A stretch of DNA of 64,000 nt. Origin: Trichoplax adhaerens. Lineage: Eukaryota > Animalia > Placozoa. Each line of letters begins with the position of its first letter. Positions within the stretch are counted from its first letter, which is position 1. Shown piece after piece: positions 25,431 through 38,951 of this stretch. The notes beneath the pieces were generated by a model. The model saw only the letters and a program-made list of their open reading frames with translations. It did no database searches and was not told the origin of the DNA. Location of the stretch: assembly GCF_000150275.1 (NCBI RefSeq), contig NW_002060947.1, positions 1,911,740 to 1,975,739 of the forward strand. Direction: 5' to 3'. A program made the position numbers and the translations under genes.

Positions 25431-28400
25431 ATGAAGAAAATAGTCTATAGACTCAAAGATGACTCAGAAAAGATGGAATACTCCGTTGTATCGGTGGTAA
25501 GATATTGAGAAAAATTGCCAATTATGACCTAGATTGTTGTTGTTGGAGGTGTCATGGAGAAATGCAGCAATGTGATTTTTGAACCAATTGCACAGTAAAT
25601 CGTCACCAGTACATTCTTTTGCAGCAATCAGCTGTATTGATAACTTAATAATAGGGTAAGAGATAGTGAACTACAGTAATTCCATCAGAGTTCCTACCAT
25701 AAAGTAAATTACGATTGATAAACATTCAGATGTAGGATGTCGAATGGAACTATGCTGTGCGTCGAATTAATCATTCGTAATTGGCCACGTATAGTATACT
25801 CGTAGACGTCTAAACTGTGATTGAGGGCGTGATGAGGACGATCTAGTAAAGTTATTTTCGTACTATTATACGCTAAATCATCACCAATGTATTCTTTACT
25901 AGCAATGAAATGGATTTAGTGTTCTATCGGATAATAGCACAAAGTGAATGGATTCCATGAGACATTTTTACCCTATCCTTGATCGCCGTTGTTGATAAAC
26001 ATTCAATGTGCAATGGAATGATACTAGTCATAGCCTCCGGCTTTACAGGATACGTAAATTTATAATCAAGACAGAAATGGTTGTTAAGACATTATGGAGA
26101 CGGTGTAACAAAGTTATCTTGGTGTAAATTGCAAAGTAAATCGTAACCTAAGCATTCTTTAGTACCAATCAACTGTATTCATGGCGCTGCAGGATTACGC
26201 GTACAACACAGAATGAACTAATTCCATCACACATTCTTACCATGTCGTCGATTGATGTTATCGATAAATACCATATCTACATGCCAGATGTCGGATGCAA
26301 TAACACTAGTCATAGGCTCATGTCTCATTCTTGATCATGCGGTATGCATGCAAATGCCTGATACAGTTAGCTAGCTAATTTCTTAGAAATAGAAGGGAAA
26401 TAACACCAGTAAGTAAGTGGCCAAATCATCGTTCTTTTTACCCTTTGGTGATTTACAGACCATAACGGCTTGATAGATGCTATTTCAATGCTTGAATTGC
26501 AATCTTAGTGTTAACCCATAGATAGAAGGGCAGAAGTGAACCATGTCTTATCGTACAGTACAGTATGTTGCACTAAGGGTCGCATTAGCTGCTTTTATTT
26601 ATTTCTCATTTGATCTTGGATTCAGTCTATAAATTATGAACAGTAGTCGGCTTCGGATATCCTTTGTACATTTAGATCGTTCATCTGCGTTGGAATAATA
26701 TTGGCATTTAAATTGCAGCTAGTTGTATTTATATTAACTAGGTTTGTAAAGACCAGTGAATGTGATCAATACTTTAAAATTTTTGCTTTATTTGCAGAAT
26801 TTCGACATACAAAGTATGCCGTTGTTCCAGAATGATGTCTTAATTAAAGTACATGCATGTGGCTTATCATCTGCTATCAAAGATTATCAGGTAGGAAAAG
26901 GACCTTTCAAAGTATAGGCCTTCTGTGTTCATCTTCATTTCTGCATATAGATAGATAATCTGTACACAGTGTATTGCTGGTAAATCATATTGAGACTTGC
27001 TTCTATAATACTATTTCAGTTACTATCTAAAAAGATTCGATTTTACATACGTATCGCATTTTAAAATTATATCTATATGAATTGATGTGGTGGTGTGGCC
27101 ATCTAAACAAACTTTTGGATCCTATACATATTTAGAACCTTGAACGAATCAATATGAAATTGAATCATGATACCGATATTCCGTATGGTAGAGAAGTTGC
27201 TGGAGTAGTGATTAAAGGTTATATGAATGTATCTTTAAATTTGATTGGTATAACAGATACGAAAAAACTTAATAGCATGATGTTGATGTATAGCAATTAT
27301 GAAACGTTTAATTACAGCCGTTACCTTGCTGCTAATTATTAAAAATATGTGATTCGATATAGCTAACATTGAGTTTGCTCCGCTTGTTTGCAATAAACTA
27401 TTTAGCTCATTCTTCTGTGACAAGATTTTTCCTTGGTGATCAGGTTGTTGGTAAGTTTTATAGTTCCTTAAGCGTGATAAGGGTCTAACTATGGATAAAT
27501 GTGGAATAATTTTACATATTCCTATAATTCACATATGAAATGAAGGAGTAAATAGCATTAGTATTACTATCCGGACGTAAACCGTTATATTACTGTTTTA
27601 TCGCTCTTCGACGTTCACTAAATATATTATTTCGCTTCCTTCAGCTAATGCTAACTAACATAACTATTTACTGTACCTTTTAGGGTTTATTCCATTAGAC
27701 TCGACATATTCTGGCTGTGGTCAATATTGCGTTATTTCTGCGTATAATATAGGTAAGAAATAGAAATATTTTATTATGATGGATAATACGAGCTTAGCTT
27801 GCAGAAGTTGCTATTTTTCATGTATACTGCGTTAGAGATCTTACCTTCTTTTATTGTCCTGTTATGGTAGTTCATAAGCCTGTCAACGTTAGCTCGACAT
27901 TGGCTGCAGCATCTATCATTGATGGCATTCGTGCATATACGGCGTTGCATTATCGAGCACATATAGAAAAGAATTCATATGTACTAGTTTGTGATGGAAC
28001 ATCGGTCAGTAATTAGTAATTCACCCTTTCGCTGTATATCTGCAATATTGTTTATTTGCTGTTATCACGGTGACAATCTTTACCCTTTGTGACAGAATTT
28101 TGGCATGATCACTATGCAACTTGCGTTATCATGGGGGGCAAAGGTAGTTTGACTACTTATTTGAAATCATATCAGTATACGTGATGCGATAAGTTTAATA
28201 TTTATCTCTTACTACAAATATTCGTATGAATACTTGAGCGTAGGTCATAACGATAGCGTCTACGGAAGATGAAAAAATTCTTTTACATACATTCAAGGAA
28301 GATCACAACAGTATGCTTTTTGTGTGCTCGTAATTCGCAAGAATGGCTGATGATCATGATATACTGAACACCACTAATAATACATTTTTTAAACTATAGT

Positions 28401-29554
28401 TTCGGTTATAGAACTTGGCAATGTGAATAATGCGAGCTTGATATCGGCCTGTTTAGAATTGACGGGAGGATTAGGAGTCGATGTCATCGTGGACAACGGA
28501 GGTATGATAGATACATTATTCATATATATATACGCGTGTATACACTGTGGAGCTGAATATCAATGTGACGGTTATGACTATTGATAAGTTTATAATTTGA
28601 TGGCCAGTCATTTAAAGATTACAACTATTTCATCGTAGTTTATAACAATTGCCTGACCTCTGTTGCCCATGAAAAAGTACGAATGGCAGTCGATCAGAAC
28701 GTTACCAGTAATGCAGCGTCTATGGCTACGGATGCATACAATAAATATAGACCTTATGTTCATGATATCATTTCATGCCTTGCTATTGGCGGCAGCTGGA
28801 TAACATCGCAGGCTGACTTACAGGTATACCATAACGTGATTGTCGTATTTACTTAGTGTTTCCTTTATGGCTATGCATTGTAAGCACTTAGAAATAATAT
28901 ATTGAGATATCTACGTTGCTACAATGATATACCGTGTCTCGCATATTTATAGATTGATCCTCCCGATACGGAAATATTGTATATGAAAGGTGCATCAGTT
29001 GGCTTTATCTTTGAACATGCCTGGACATTATCGTCAAGTAAGCCAAGCTAACATTTGTTGGATTATTAATGATGACTATATAAAATTAGTTTTAATGTCA
29101 TCATTTTTTTATTTAGGTAAACAAGGCTGTTTTTTGCGTATCCTTTCATAAATAATTAATGACAACATAGATAATAAGCTTAGCTAAATTTTAGAAGTCA
29201 TTTGCTAATGATCATTGAGCTTTGAGCTATTCTTATTTCCTGAACTAGCGTTCAATTCTAGATATATTGGACGACTTGATGAATAAATTGGCTAGTGATG
29301 CTATTAGGTAGTAAGGATTCATTATCAACATGCTCATAATTTAAGCGACTATATCGCTACTGTTAAACAGTGATATAGGCTAACAAATGGTATTTTCTAT
29401 TTTGATACTTAAAAAATTACTGTCAATATTATTTCAAAGGCCGAATGTTACACAATCGGTATCATTAGACGATTGTCCTTATGTTCTATCCTCCATGGGT
29501 GAAGCAGATTGGACATTTGGCAAGAGAGTTATGGTTGAATCTTCCAGTAGCTAA
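25431..29554 (+). CDS. CRYZL1: Quinone oxidoreductase-like protein 1 (zeta-crystallin-like, MDR fold), about 385 aa, 14 coding exons
   Basis: Exons 25431-25496, 26798-26890 (VLIKVHACGLS), 27136-27217 (PYGREVAGVV), 27406-27450, 27684-27752 (GFIPLDS), 27871-28004 (DGIRAYTALHY), 28096-28143, 28244-28310, 28400-28501 (CLELTGGLGVDVIVD), 28639-28823 (HDIISCLAIGGSWIT), 28953-29037 (IDPPDTEILYMKGAS), 29117-29137, 29262-29307 and 29440-29554. The first coding exon is the least certain. Confidence 0.92.
25560..26320. repeat. Degenerate tandem duplications in the first coding intron of CRYZL1
   Basis: AATTGCA.AGTAAATCGT.ACC...CATTCTTT...CAATCA.CTGTATT at about 25586 and 26127; GATAAA.A motifs recur about every 270 nt. 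Confidence 0.6.
29138..29261 (+). other. U12-type GT-AG intron in CRYZL1
   Basis: Donor C|GTATCCTTT matches the U12 consensus. Branch-like TTTCCTGAAC (29236-29245) lies 16 nt before the 3' end, with no long pyrimidine tract. Junction reads QGCFL-H-ILDDLM. Confidence 0.88.
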
Positions 29555-30409
29555 GAATAGTGGATGTGAAGATCAGTAATTGATAAATGTTATGGTAGAA
29601 TAATATTAAGATAGTTTAATATTCTCGAAGATAGAGTAGATTTTATCAGAACAAAGTTAAAATGAAGGAAAACTGCTTGAATCTGGTTTATTATATGAAT
29701 ATTACTTAACTTGAAGTAATGTTTACGTGCAGTTCTAACTAGCTTTATGCAGATTACAGTTATATGAACTGTATCATTTGGGTAAATAGAATGGAAATGA
29801 AAAGACGATGATAATATTAAATCTATTGTAGGTAGTTAGAATGTTTTCCCGCTGGATTTAATACTATCTAGAGACGATATCATAAGTGTACATATGTTTT
29901 GATGTGATGGCGTCACCGTTCCATCAAATATTTTGACGTGTCTTATTTTATCTTTGTATTTCATGTGATTAATTATCGAATGGAAATTATTCAGGATTTG
30001 ATATGCTTGTTTTACATTTAATTTTGAACGATGGTTGTTCTAAATCTTGTGGTATGTTAAAATTGTACTAGTTGATTTTTAGTAAAGAATTAGGCCCACT
30101 GTGCCATCTTTATAAAATATAATAGGTATAAGAGTAGTAGAGTAGAAAGAGTTCTATACATCCATTTGGGATTAGTTATAATGCGCGTATGAGAACATGG
30201 AGTGATTTGCAAGTAGTTATGCAAGCATATATTGATGCTGTGATGAAATAACGAAAGATAGACAGAAAGTAATACATTATTCTATCTTTGACCTAAGAAC
30301 AGCATGTACGCGTTTAAGAAATTAATCTAATGGATTGGAATCATTGTGGACCACATAGTAATTTCTGCTTGTATTATTTTTTACTAATATTGTGGGTTTT
30401 AAGTTCATT

Positions 30410-30910
30410 ACATTAGAGTGAAATTAGTATAAGTTGCCGACATAATCGGAATCGTAGCAGGAGATTATTCATACTAATCATTAATATTGATGTAGTTTCA
30501 GCTATTGTCAAATTTACCTATTATTTTTTCGATGTTCAAAGTGAAATCAAGATAAACTGTTTATATAATTATAGTTGTAACAAGAAATTATCCATATTCA
30601 TCCTTAAATATCGATCTACTTTCAATTATGACCAAATCTTTATATTGCATTTCACGGCATTAAAAGTGAAACCCAGATAAACTGTTAACATATAGTAATT
30701 GCTGTAGAATTATAGCAAAAGATAGTCCATGTTCAGCATTGATATCGATCTAGGTTAAATTATGTTTAAATCTGCTCATTGCTTTTACCTACATTAAGAG
30801 TAAAATTATAATAAATTTCTCACATACCATAATTAATTTTATAGTAAGAGATCGTCTACGGTAACGCTTAATGTCAATCTAACTTTAACTATGATCAACT
30901 GACTCAATAC
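30410..30910. repeat. Degenerate tandem repeat, about 125-135 nt, 4 copies
   Basis: A(A/G)AGTGAAA...GATAAACTGTT...ATATCGATCTA...ATTATG at about 30412, 30538, 30660 and 30794. Confidence 0.65.
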
Positions 30911-32030
30911 CTTAGGTATTGCAAATGCAAGGTTGTAAGTTGGACGGGCATTAGTGAAAGAATTTGGATCTTTTTATTCTAAAATGGCTCTAGTAATACG
31001 TACTCTATTATTCCTGTTCTGGCAGAAAACCTTACTCTTTGTAATAGTCTACACCCTTATCTATTGGTATATCCCTGCTAAAATATGGAAAAATTTATTC
31101 GATGATTTCAACAGCACTTATTCCCTGCTCGGTAAAGTATGCAATCCTATCTGAAAATCGGTTTCTATAACAAAGTAATGCATTTACGTAAATATGTCTA
31201 AAATGTAATACAATATCAAGCCCATGAAGTGGTTGTATCATAGTATTTTCATTACTTGCTGTCTCTTAATTAAAGCTATATGACTTAACATCGAGTATCA
31301 ACGCATATGTTAGCTGAAATACTCATACATGCTTTAGTCATAATGATGATCCGTTTGCATCTATTCCCTAATAATATTATCTAATGTTTATAACTATAAT
31401 TCAATTAATTAAAAAATCTATAAGCAAATTTGGATCTAATCGATATTTCACCTCGATCAACCCATTTCAAATAAAACTAGTCTCCATGATCGATAGTTCA
31501 TATCGATTGATGGCTAGAAAGAAAAATCTTCTTAATGCAGTCTGACTCATTTCTCTATACAGCTATTTGATGTACTTAACATACTGATACAAGTTAGAAC
31601 AATAGGTACAATATAATTATCAATAATATCTATTGATTACTATTAGATAATTAATCAATGCCTGCCGTTGTTCCATTGTAATAGACACTTTGATAACCCT
31701 AGGGCCATTCCATTGTATCCAGTCGAATAGAGTAAGTTAGTCACTGCAGTCAATTTTCTAATTGGAAATTGTATTAGTGGACAGAAGAGGAATTGTATTA
31801 TGAGTGATAAAATGATTGAATGATAGCCAAGCTGAATACTACTATTTATCAATCCATTGCCTTATTGAGTGATGACAATGACCAACATATCGACGAGACT
31901 CATTTGAAACATTCGTCATCAAGTTGGATAGAAATTTCAATTACATACCTTAGTTACTGTTACTTTATCCCCTCTACTACCTTCTCAACAGGGTTAAAAT
32001 CACCCCCATCATTATAACTAGTGATCTAAA

Positions 32031-32236
32031 ATGAATGCACAAAGTAGTTTGACATTGCCACAAATTGTTAGATTAAATACGACACTACGACGTTGGAAAA
32101 AACATGCTCGTCAATCGGCCGAAAGCAATCGATCACCTAGAGAAATGACTTCGTTATCATCACCACCATTAAAGCCTGGTAAAGTTTATTCATTGCCATC
32201 GCCAATCATACCATCTCGTCCTGTTGCAAGTAATAG
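32031..32236 (+). CDS. Orphan ATG-initiated coding exon A; candidate distal alternative first exon of androglobin
   Basis: AAAATG context, 68 open codons (MNAQSSLTLPQIVRLNTTLRRWKKHAR...PSRPVASN), ending at a perfect donor AG|GTGAGT in phase 2. This phase matches the ADGB exon-2 acceptor at 43479. Confidence 0.5.
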
Positions 32237-33039
32237 GTGAGTTTAATTCTGAGTAACTCTCAGTTGGCTATAATTTGATTTTATATATACATATGTATTT
32301 TTTAGGAATTGAGATTAGAGATAAATAGTCACTCTTTTTCTTATATTATTATTGTTGTTGGTTAACGCCAGATAGATTATCAATTTGTTATCATCATTAA
32401 AAATTAACAGATGAAATACATCGATAGTAAGATTAATTTATGACGAAAGGTCGTTTTCAAACATGGAGACTATCTTACATGTCGTTTAGTTGAATTAAGC
32501 CAGTTAGAATACTGAATAGAGGAGCGCTATGTAGTACTATGGAGAAAACATATTGTAATGATTCATGTTGAATAGGTTAAACTGATTCTTAACCAATATT
32601 TTCAAGCTGTGCAAAATAGGATATCGATGCTACTTTACTCTATGTAATTCTTTAAGAACATTAATTACTCTCTAATATTTATGAATTCTACTAGTTTAAT
32701 CGCTAATGATCGGCAGTAAATCATTTTAGAAGAACTAAATACAGGACAATTACTTGATGATGGGTAGAATGAGAGATCAATAATCGTATCCATTATCAAG
32801 ATCCAATGATGACAACATTGTCATGAAGGGAAAGTAATTGACTCGAGTCTAGTCAAGAACTATTGGTATTAAATTATAAGTTAGATAATATCTTCATAAT
32901 CGATCGGACGATTATTAGCTAGCTTAAATGACAAAAAAAGCATAGGCTATGCATTAAAATTTAAACGATGATCAACTTATTCTTAAGCTAGCGCATAAGA
33001 GATGTAATAATGACCTAATATGCCTAGGCATCGAAACTT

Positions 33040-34260
33040 ACCTAAAAACAATGTTAAAGGTTAATTTCAACGATAGCATAGATGAATATTTTTCCAATGT
33101 TGCCATTTCTGCTGTACTGGATCGATGTATTGCTAAAATATCGTCTCATTTCAATTCAAATGATAGCTAATCTATTTCAAATTTGTGGAAGAAAGAGATG
33201 CGCTGATCATAAAATGTTCATGTAAAGCAACGCAATGACAACATTCAAAGTTATCTTATAGGATAACCTAGATTAATAATCCATTGATGCGGTTCTGTCT
33301 CACGTATTGGGGCAAATCATTCCTTTAAGCAATAATCTCATTTGAATTCAAATGATGATCAATTTAATTTTAAATTTGTAGTCATTAGCAAAGAGACTGA
33401 TTATAAGCTATAAATCTAAATGTAGCCCATACCTATGCCATATTCAAGGTTAAGATAGATTATCTTCTTGATACCATAAACTCTACTACATTGGATTATT
33501 TCGTTTTTTGAAAAGTAAAATCTCATTTAAATTTCAATAATGGGCAATTAGCTTTTAAATTATAATTTTATATATCTGAATTTAGCCAATAGCTAAGCAA
33601 TGGTTCATGTTCAAAGATAAGATACATTAATAATTAACTTTTTGATATAATGAGCTCTACTACGTTGGATGGATTCGTTCCTTCAATGGATAATCTTATT
33701 GAAACTTTAAACTAATGATCATCTGTATTCATATGATTAGAAGACCGATCGTGTAATATCTATTCTACCGTATTAATAGAGCCAATAGTTTGGTTATCGA
33801 TCATTTTCAGGAATGAAACGGTTGAATAGCTTATAAATAGAATCCATTCTCCTATGGTTGATCGATTTAGTAACCCTTAAAACGATAATCACCTTCGAAA
33901 GATGGTCAATTTATTTTTCAATCTATGTATGTGCGAATGAGAAAGTAAACTCTCTGTATCTAAATAAACTCAATCATAGCATGGTAGGTTGTTTTAAGAG
34001 TATTCTAAACCGATAAGCCATAGATGAAGAAAATTCCATCACTGCACGTCGAATGTAATCATCGTCACTCTTACTTTATGTGATTGATTCGTTCCTTGAA
34101 TGATCATTCTATTTTAATTCAATGATTTGCTAATCATTTTTCTCAATCTTATACGTGCAAGTGATGAGAAAAGAAGCATTCTACATCAAAATGAACCCTG
34201 CTATGATATAAAGAGTTGTTTTAAAGACATTCTAAATCATCATTCTATAGAAGCATAGAA
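33040..34260. repeat. Highly degenerate tandem repeat, about 190-220 nt
   Basis: TCTCATTT.AATTCAAATGAT...ATTT...AATTT recurs at about 33144, 33336 and 33521. The blocks near 33930 and 34150 share GAGAAA...GTTGTTTTAA...ATTCTAAA. Confidence 0.5.
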
Positions 34261-35079
34261 AATTTTACGAGCCTATACCTGACGGAATTGTAATCAATTT
34301 TACTTCATGTAATGGAAATATTCATTGCAACAACAACGTCATTTCCTGATGAGTTAAGGTATTGAATGATCAACATTGGAGTTTTTAACCATTTCCATCA
34401 ACTCAGGATAAGCCTTAGATGGTATCGAGATGCATTGGTATGTCGTTATTATTTATTTTTCTTGTTGTTTGTCTAAGTACACTGTTGCGAACAAACACTG
34501 AAAACAATGGCCAAGTTATCATTTGTCGATTACATTTAGAGCGAAGAGAATTTTATTTTATTCTTATTGATACACAGATAGACTCTGATATCCTTTCCAT
34601 TTTTTTAAATGGAATTTTCAATTATTGAATAGTCCTTAAGGATGTCGACAATCCGCGATCGATAGAGAAATTAGACAGAAATAGCTCAAAATGGCGATTT
34701 GACTACTCGACTTTTCAAATCCCGATAGCCGGATTATTCTTTCCTTCGATACTGTTAGCAACGTCTTTGTTCAATGAACAAGGAAGTTCAATCGAATAAA
34801 TTAAATTAATGAATATTATAAGGTAGCATGAGTTCATAGAGTTGTATTCTACTTGCTAAATTGTTTATTGAAGTGGTTATCACTTCTTAGGACAGAAAGA
34901 AATAGTTTCAATGTCGCTCTTTTCCACAGCCCTTCATTTTTGTCATCGATAGTTCAAAAAGGCGCAACTAAGTATTGCTCCAATTTGACTATTGATTGAT
35001 TTTACCATGGGTGCAAAGAGCAATCGTCCATTATACCATTCATGGTCACATCTTGTTGTCATCGTGATAGCTATTATTT

Positions 35080-36460
35080 TTTTTTGAATAGTTATAAAAG
35101 CTCTGATCGACTGTTGACCGTCTTTTGCTTTTGACTTATTAACGCCACGAGTACAAAAGGCAATAGGTAAAATGGATAGACAAATTAAGGGATTACCTAC
35201 TGTTGCCATTTGAACGCTATTTTTTCAATAGTTATAAAGTACTGTAATAGGCTTAAGGAAACTTTTACTTACATCCCAGAATTTTATCCGAGATGGTAGT
35301 AACATGGCGACGAAAATGGAGACTTACGTAGTACGTATGCCGTTACTATCCTCACTATTCCTTTAACAGTTGTCAAAATAATTATCGGATCAATCTCACG
35401 ATTTAAATGACAATTTCTTCATGTTATGAATATCAAGAGCAGATTTGAAACTGCTATAATACTGAAGACTTCTATAGGGCTATCATCATATTAATCTTTT
35501 TCAGCAGTTATGAAAACTTTCATCAAACAGTAAGATTGTTATAATGGTCGAGGCGTTGTTGTATACTGGATCGCTTTCGTTTTAACCATGACGAATTTCC
35601 TTGTTCGCCATAAAAACATTATTAATATAACTAATATTTTGAATTGCGTGCGACTGGGTCATCTGACAAAATTGAAACAATATCCTATAAATACTAAGGA
35701 TAGTTTTCAAATGGTTACAGTGTCCCTACACAAATCGAGATTTGTACTGTATGTACAGTAGTTATCATGACGATGGTTATCCTTCAACGATTATAAAACT
35801 TTTCATAGACTATGGTAATGCTAGTTCCTTAATCTGAAGTAACCTCCTACTCGTATGAATGCTAGTGCCAATTGCAAAATGGCTCTACAAATCGAGGCTA
35901 CCCAGTTGTCATCATGATCGATGTTTTTTTTCAACGATTCTAAAACTTTTCATCGACTACAGCTAGCCTCCTATGAATGCAAGAGTTAATTTTAAATTAC
36001 TAAACAAATGGAAGTTTCTACGTAGTTGTCATTGTGATGATTTCTTTCAACGCTTCTAAAACTTTCCATTGACTAACGCTAGCCCCTTAATTTGCAATAG
36101 CTTCTGTGATATTATGGATTCGTTACTAAAAGGCTAGATCATAGACGAGGAAACAGACTGGTTGAGCTTAAGGAGATATCAGCATTTTGTTTAGAGTCCA
36201 CGAGGAGCGTAAATCAGGAAAGAAAAAATATCTCGAGTGAATCAAGTCTATGAGAAATGTCGAGTATACCGAAGTTATCCACGTATTTACAGTACAATAT
36301 ACCATAATCTAATAATTAATTGGTAGTAATATTTAATAACTGTGCTAGGGGGTCAGATTTATCTCATACTTTATCTGTCATAGCATAGCATTTTGTCAAC
36401 ATATTACGGCCTGCAATAAATGCAAGAGTCAATTCTAAAATGGTTAAACAAATCGAGGCT
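35080..36460. repeat. Degenerate tandem repeat, about 120-145 nt
   Basis: GTT(A/G)TCAT.....GAT...TTCAACG.TT.TAAAACTTT.CAT.GACTA at about 35761, 35905 and 36024. Partial copies lie near 35086, 35220, 35500 and 36420. Confidence 0.6.
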
Positions 36461-36639
36461 GTTACATTTCATAAGTGCAAAAGGCAATAGCATTGCGGAT
36501 ACTTATATCCAGATGATTCTTTAGTATCGTATTTACCAAAAACTATAGACGGAAATTTTCGTCCCACTGTACCATTATAATCGAATTAAATTAATTTCTA
36601 CACAATAGTACATCTGGACGTATAGAACAGTAGAGGATT

Positions 36640-38210
36640 GAATTAAGCGAGAGTATTTATATATGTATGGGTACTAGGATAAATCTAAATGGTAGCTAAA
36701 CAATTACCCATGCAACGCGCACAGTATCCACCTGAGAGCCATCCAATTCTACTTACGAGATACGAAATCTTTTTTACAGACAATGCTATTAAATAATCCA
36801 AATATTAAATATCCTAGTTCAAAATTTGGCTGATACTAGGATATTCGCCGATAGTAATCAACGTAGCTAAAAATCCTCAAAACTTTTCATAATCTTGTTA
36901 CATTTACATACTACAATTTAATTTAATATGCGTATACACTTAGCTATGGGTTAGTTCAAAATAAATCTATAATGTAGCTAAACAAACAATCATCCATACA
37001 ACAAAACATCAGCTTTAGAATCGTTCCATTCTAATTTCTAGATAGACATAGTCATTAAATCATCTAATTGTTAATTACCTTTACTTAAGTAAGGTCAACA
37101 CTAAAATATTTGTTAATAATGATAGGTTATAGCATCGTTAAAATTCTCCAAAACTATACCCAATCTTATTATATTCACATACCATGTTTGAATGTAATAC
37201 TACCTGATGTAAATGACTTCAGCCAATATAAAATTTTAGTAGTGGCTAAACGAACAATTTACCCATACAACTCGTAGGGTGTCCACTTCAGAGTCGTTTA
37301 ATTCTACTTGTGAGATGCAAAATCTTGTTTATAGCCATTGTTTTTCAATAATCTAACTATTAATTTCTCTAACTTAATAATATGGCCAATGCTAGAGCAT
37401 TCGTCAGTGATAATCGACGTAGCTGAAATTCTCAAGACTTTTTATAATCTTGTTACGTTGACATACTATCACTTAATTTAACACGCGCATACCCTTAACT
37501 CTGGGTTAGGTCAACGTAATTCTTAAATGTAACTAAATAAACAATCATCCACATAACACACAGAATATCCGCTTTAGAATCGTTGTATTCCTCTTTCTAG
37601 ATGGAAGATCTTCTTATAGACATAGTTATTAAATCATCTAATTGTTGATCAGCCGTACTCAAATAAGACTCAATTCTAGAACATTTGTTGGCAATGATGG
37701 GTTGTAGCATAGTTAAAAATCTCTAAAGTTATAACCAATCTTATTATATTCATATACCATATTCGAATGCAATATTACCTATTACCTGATTTAAACGACC
37801 TCGGCCAATATAAATCTAAGTAGTTGCCAAACAAACAATCATCTATTCTGTTGTAACAGATAAGGTATCCGCTTTAATTTCATTTAATTCTACATACTAT
37901 ATACAAAATATTGTTTGTAAACATTGTCATTCAATAATCCAACTGTTAATTTCCCTAACTCATAATTTGACCAATACTAGAACATTCGTCGGCGATGATT
38001 GATACAGCTGAAAATTCTCATAAGTTATTCGCAATCTTATTATATTTCGCACAGCTATATCCTATTTCAATTTAATAATACCCTGATCCAATTGGCCAAG
38101 ATCAATATAAATCGATGCAGTGATTAAGTAAGATAGCACCCATTTACAAGTAGAGTATCCGCTCTAGAGCCCTTCAATTCTACTTAGCAGGTGCAAAATC
38201 TTGTTTACGT
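36640..38210. repeat. Degenerate tandem array, about 270-300 nt units, 5-6 copies with alternating A/B types
   Basis: ATAAATCTA...GCTAAAC..ACAAT...CCAT...TATCC.CT...AGA...ATTCTA at about 36680, 36961, 37228, 37518, 37808 and 38105. Units 2 and 4 share TTAAATCATCTAATTGTT and CCAATCTTATTATATTCA. Confidence 0.8.
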
Positions 38211-38820
38211 ACATCATCAGTATATTGAAATCAAAAATAGGTTAGCTATTGTTGCTTGTGTTATCTATGATGGTAAGACAATACAATCACATGATGACAA
38301 TAGCAACATCGCCAATTCCATTGTCAATTTATGCGTTATCTAGTAGTATATGAATATCCGCCGTGGATATTGACGTCCTTTATTGTCAATGTTCGTTCGC
38401 AATCATTGGCTAGTGACAGTTTATTCTCCTTTCTATACCATTTTATACTCTGATACTGGGTAAATTTGCCATACAACTTATCCTTGATGTTGTCTTGCCT
38501 TGGTTACCATTGGCATACCTAAAAATTCTATCATTCAAAATTACTCCAATTTATTTAGACGATCAATTCGTATTACGGATCGATTGTAGCAGTAAATTAT
38601 CATTTTATAATTGATAGCCATCCTTATTGAGTTCTATCAATTAGCCATTAAAGGTTAATAATTTCTTCAAGTTCGAATACAATTGTGGAGAAATAGAAGA
38701 TTGGAAGTACGACATTTTCAACGGTTTAACCCTATTGGAACTCGATATAAATTATTCGACCAATTACGGATAAAAATTCAATATATCATCCTAACTGCGT
38801 AAGACTGTAACACGACAATC

Positions 38821-38951
38821 ATGTCTCGCCGCAGTCATTATCGTGATAAATTTTCCGAAAAGAAAATGATGGTTGAGATTAAATTCGATATTATAAAAGA
38901 AGATGCTGCTGGCCCTTCTATAAGCCCTACTACGCCAACTGCAATCGGCAG
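38821..38951 (+). CDS. Orphan ATG-initiated coding exon B; candidate alternative first exon of androglobin
   Basis: ATCATG context, MSRRSHYRDKFSEKKMMVEIKFDIIKEDAAGPSISPTTPTAIG, then CAG|GTTTGA in phase 2, compatible with the acceptor at 43479. Too short to appear in the ORF track. Confidence 0.4.

Noticed and set aside
35293-35340. A further short alternative first exon of ADGB (MVVTWRRKWRL)
   Set aside because: Only 11 codons with a weak donor (AC|GTAGTA); not distinguishable from chance.
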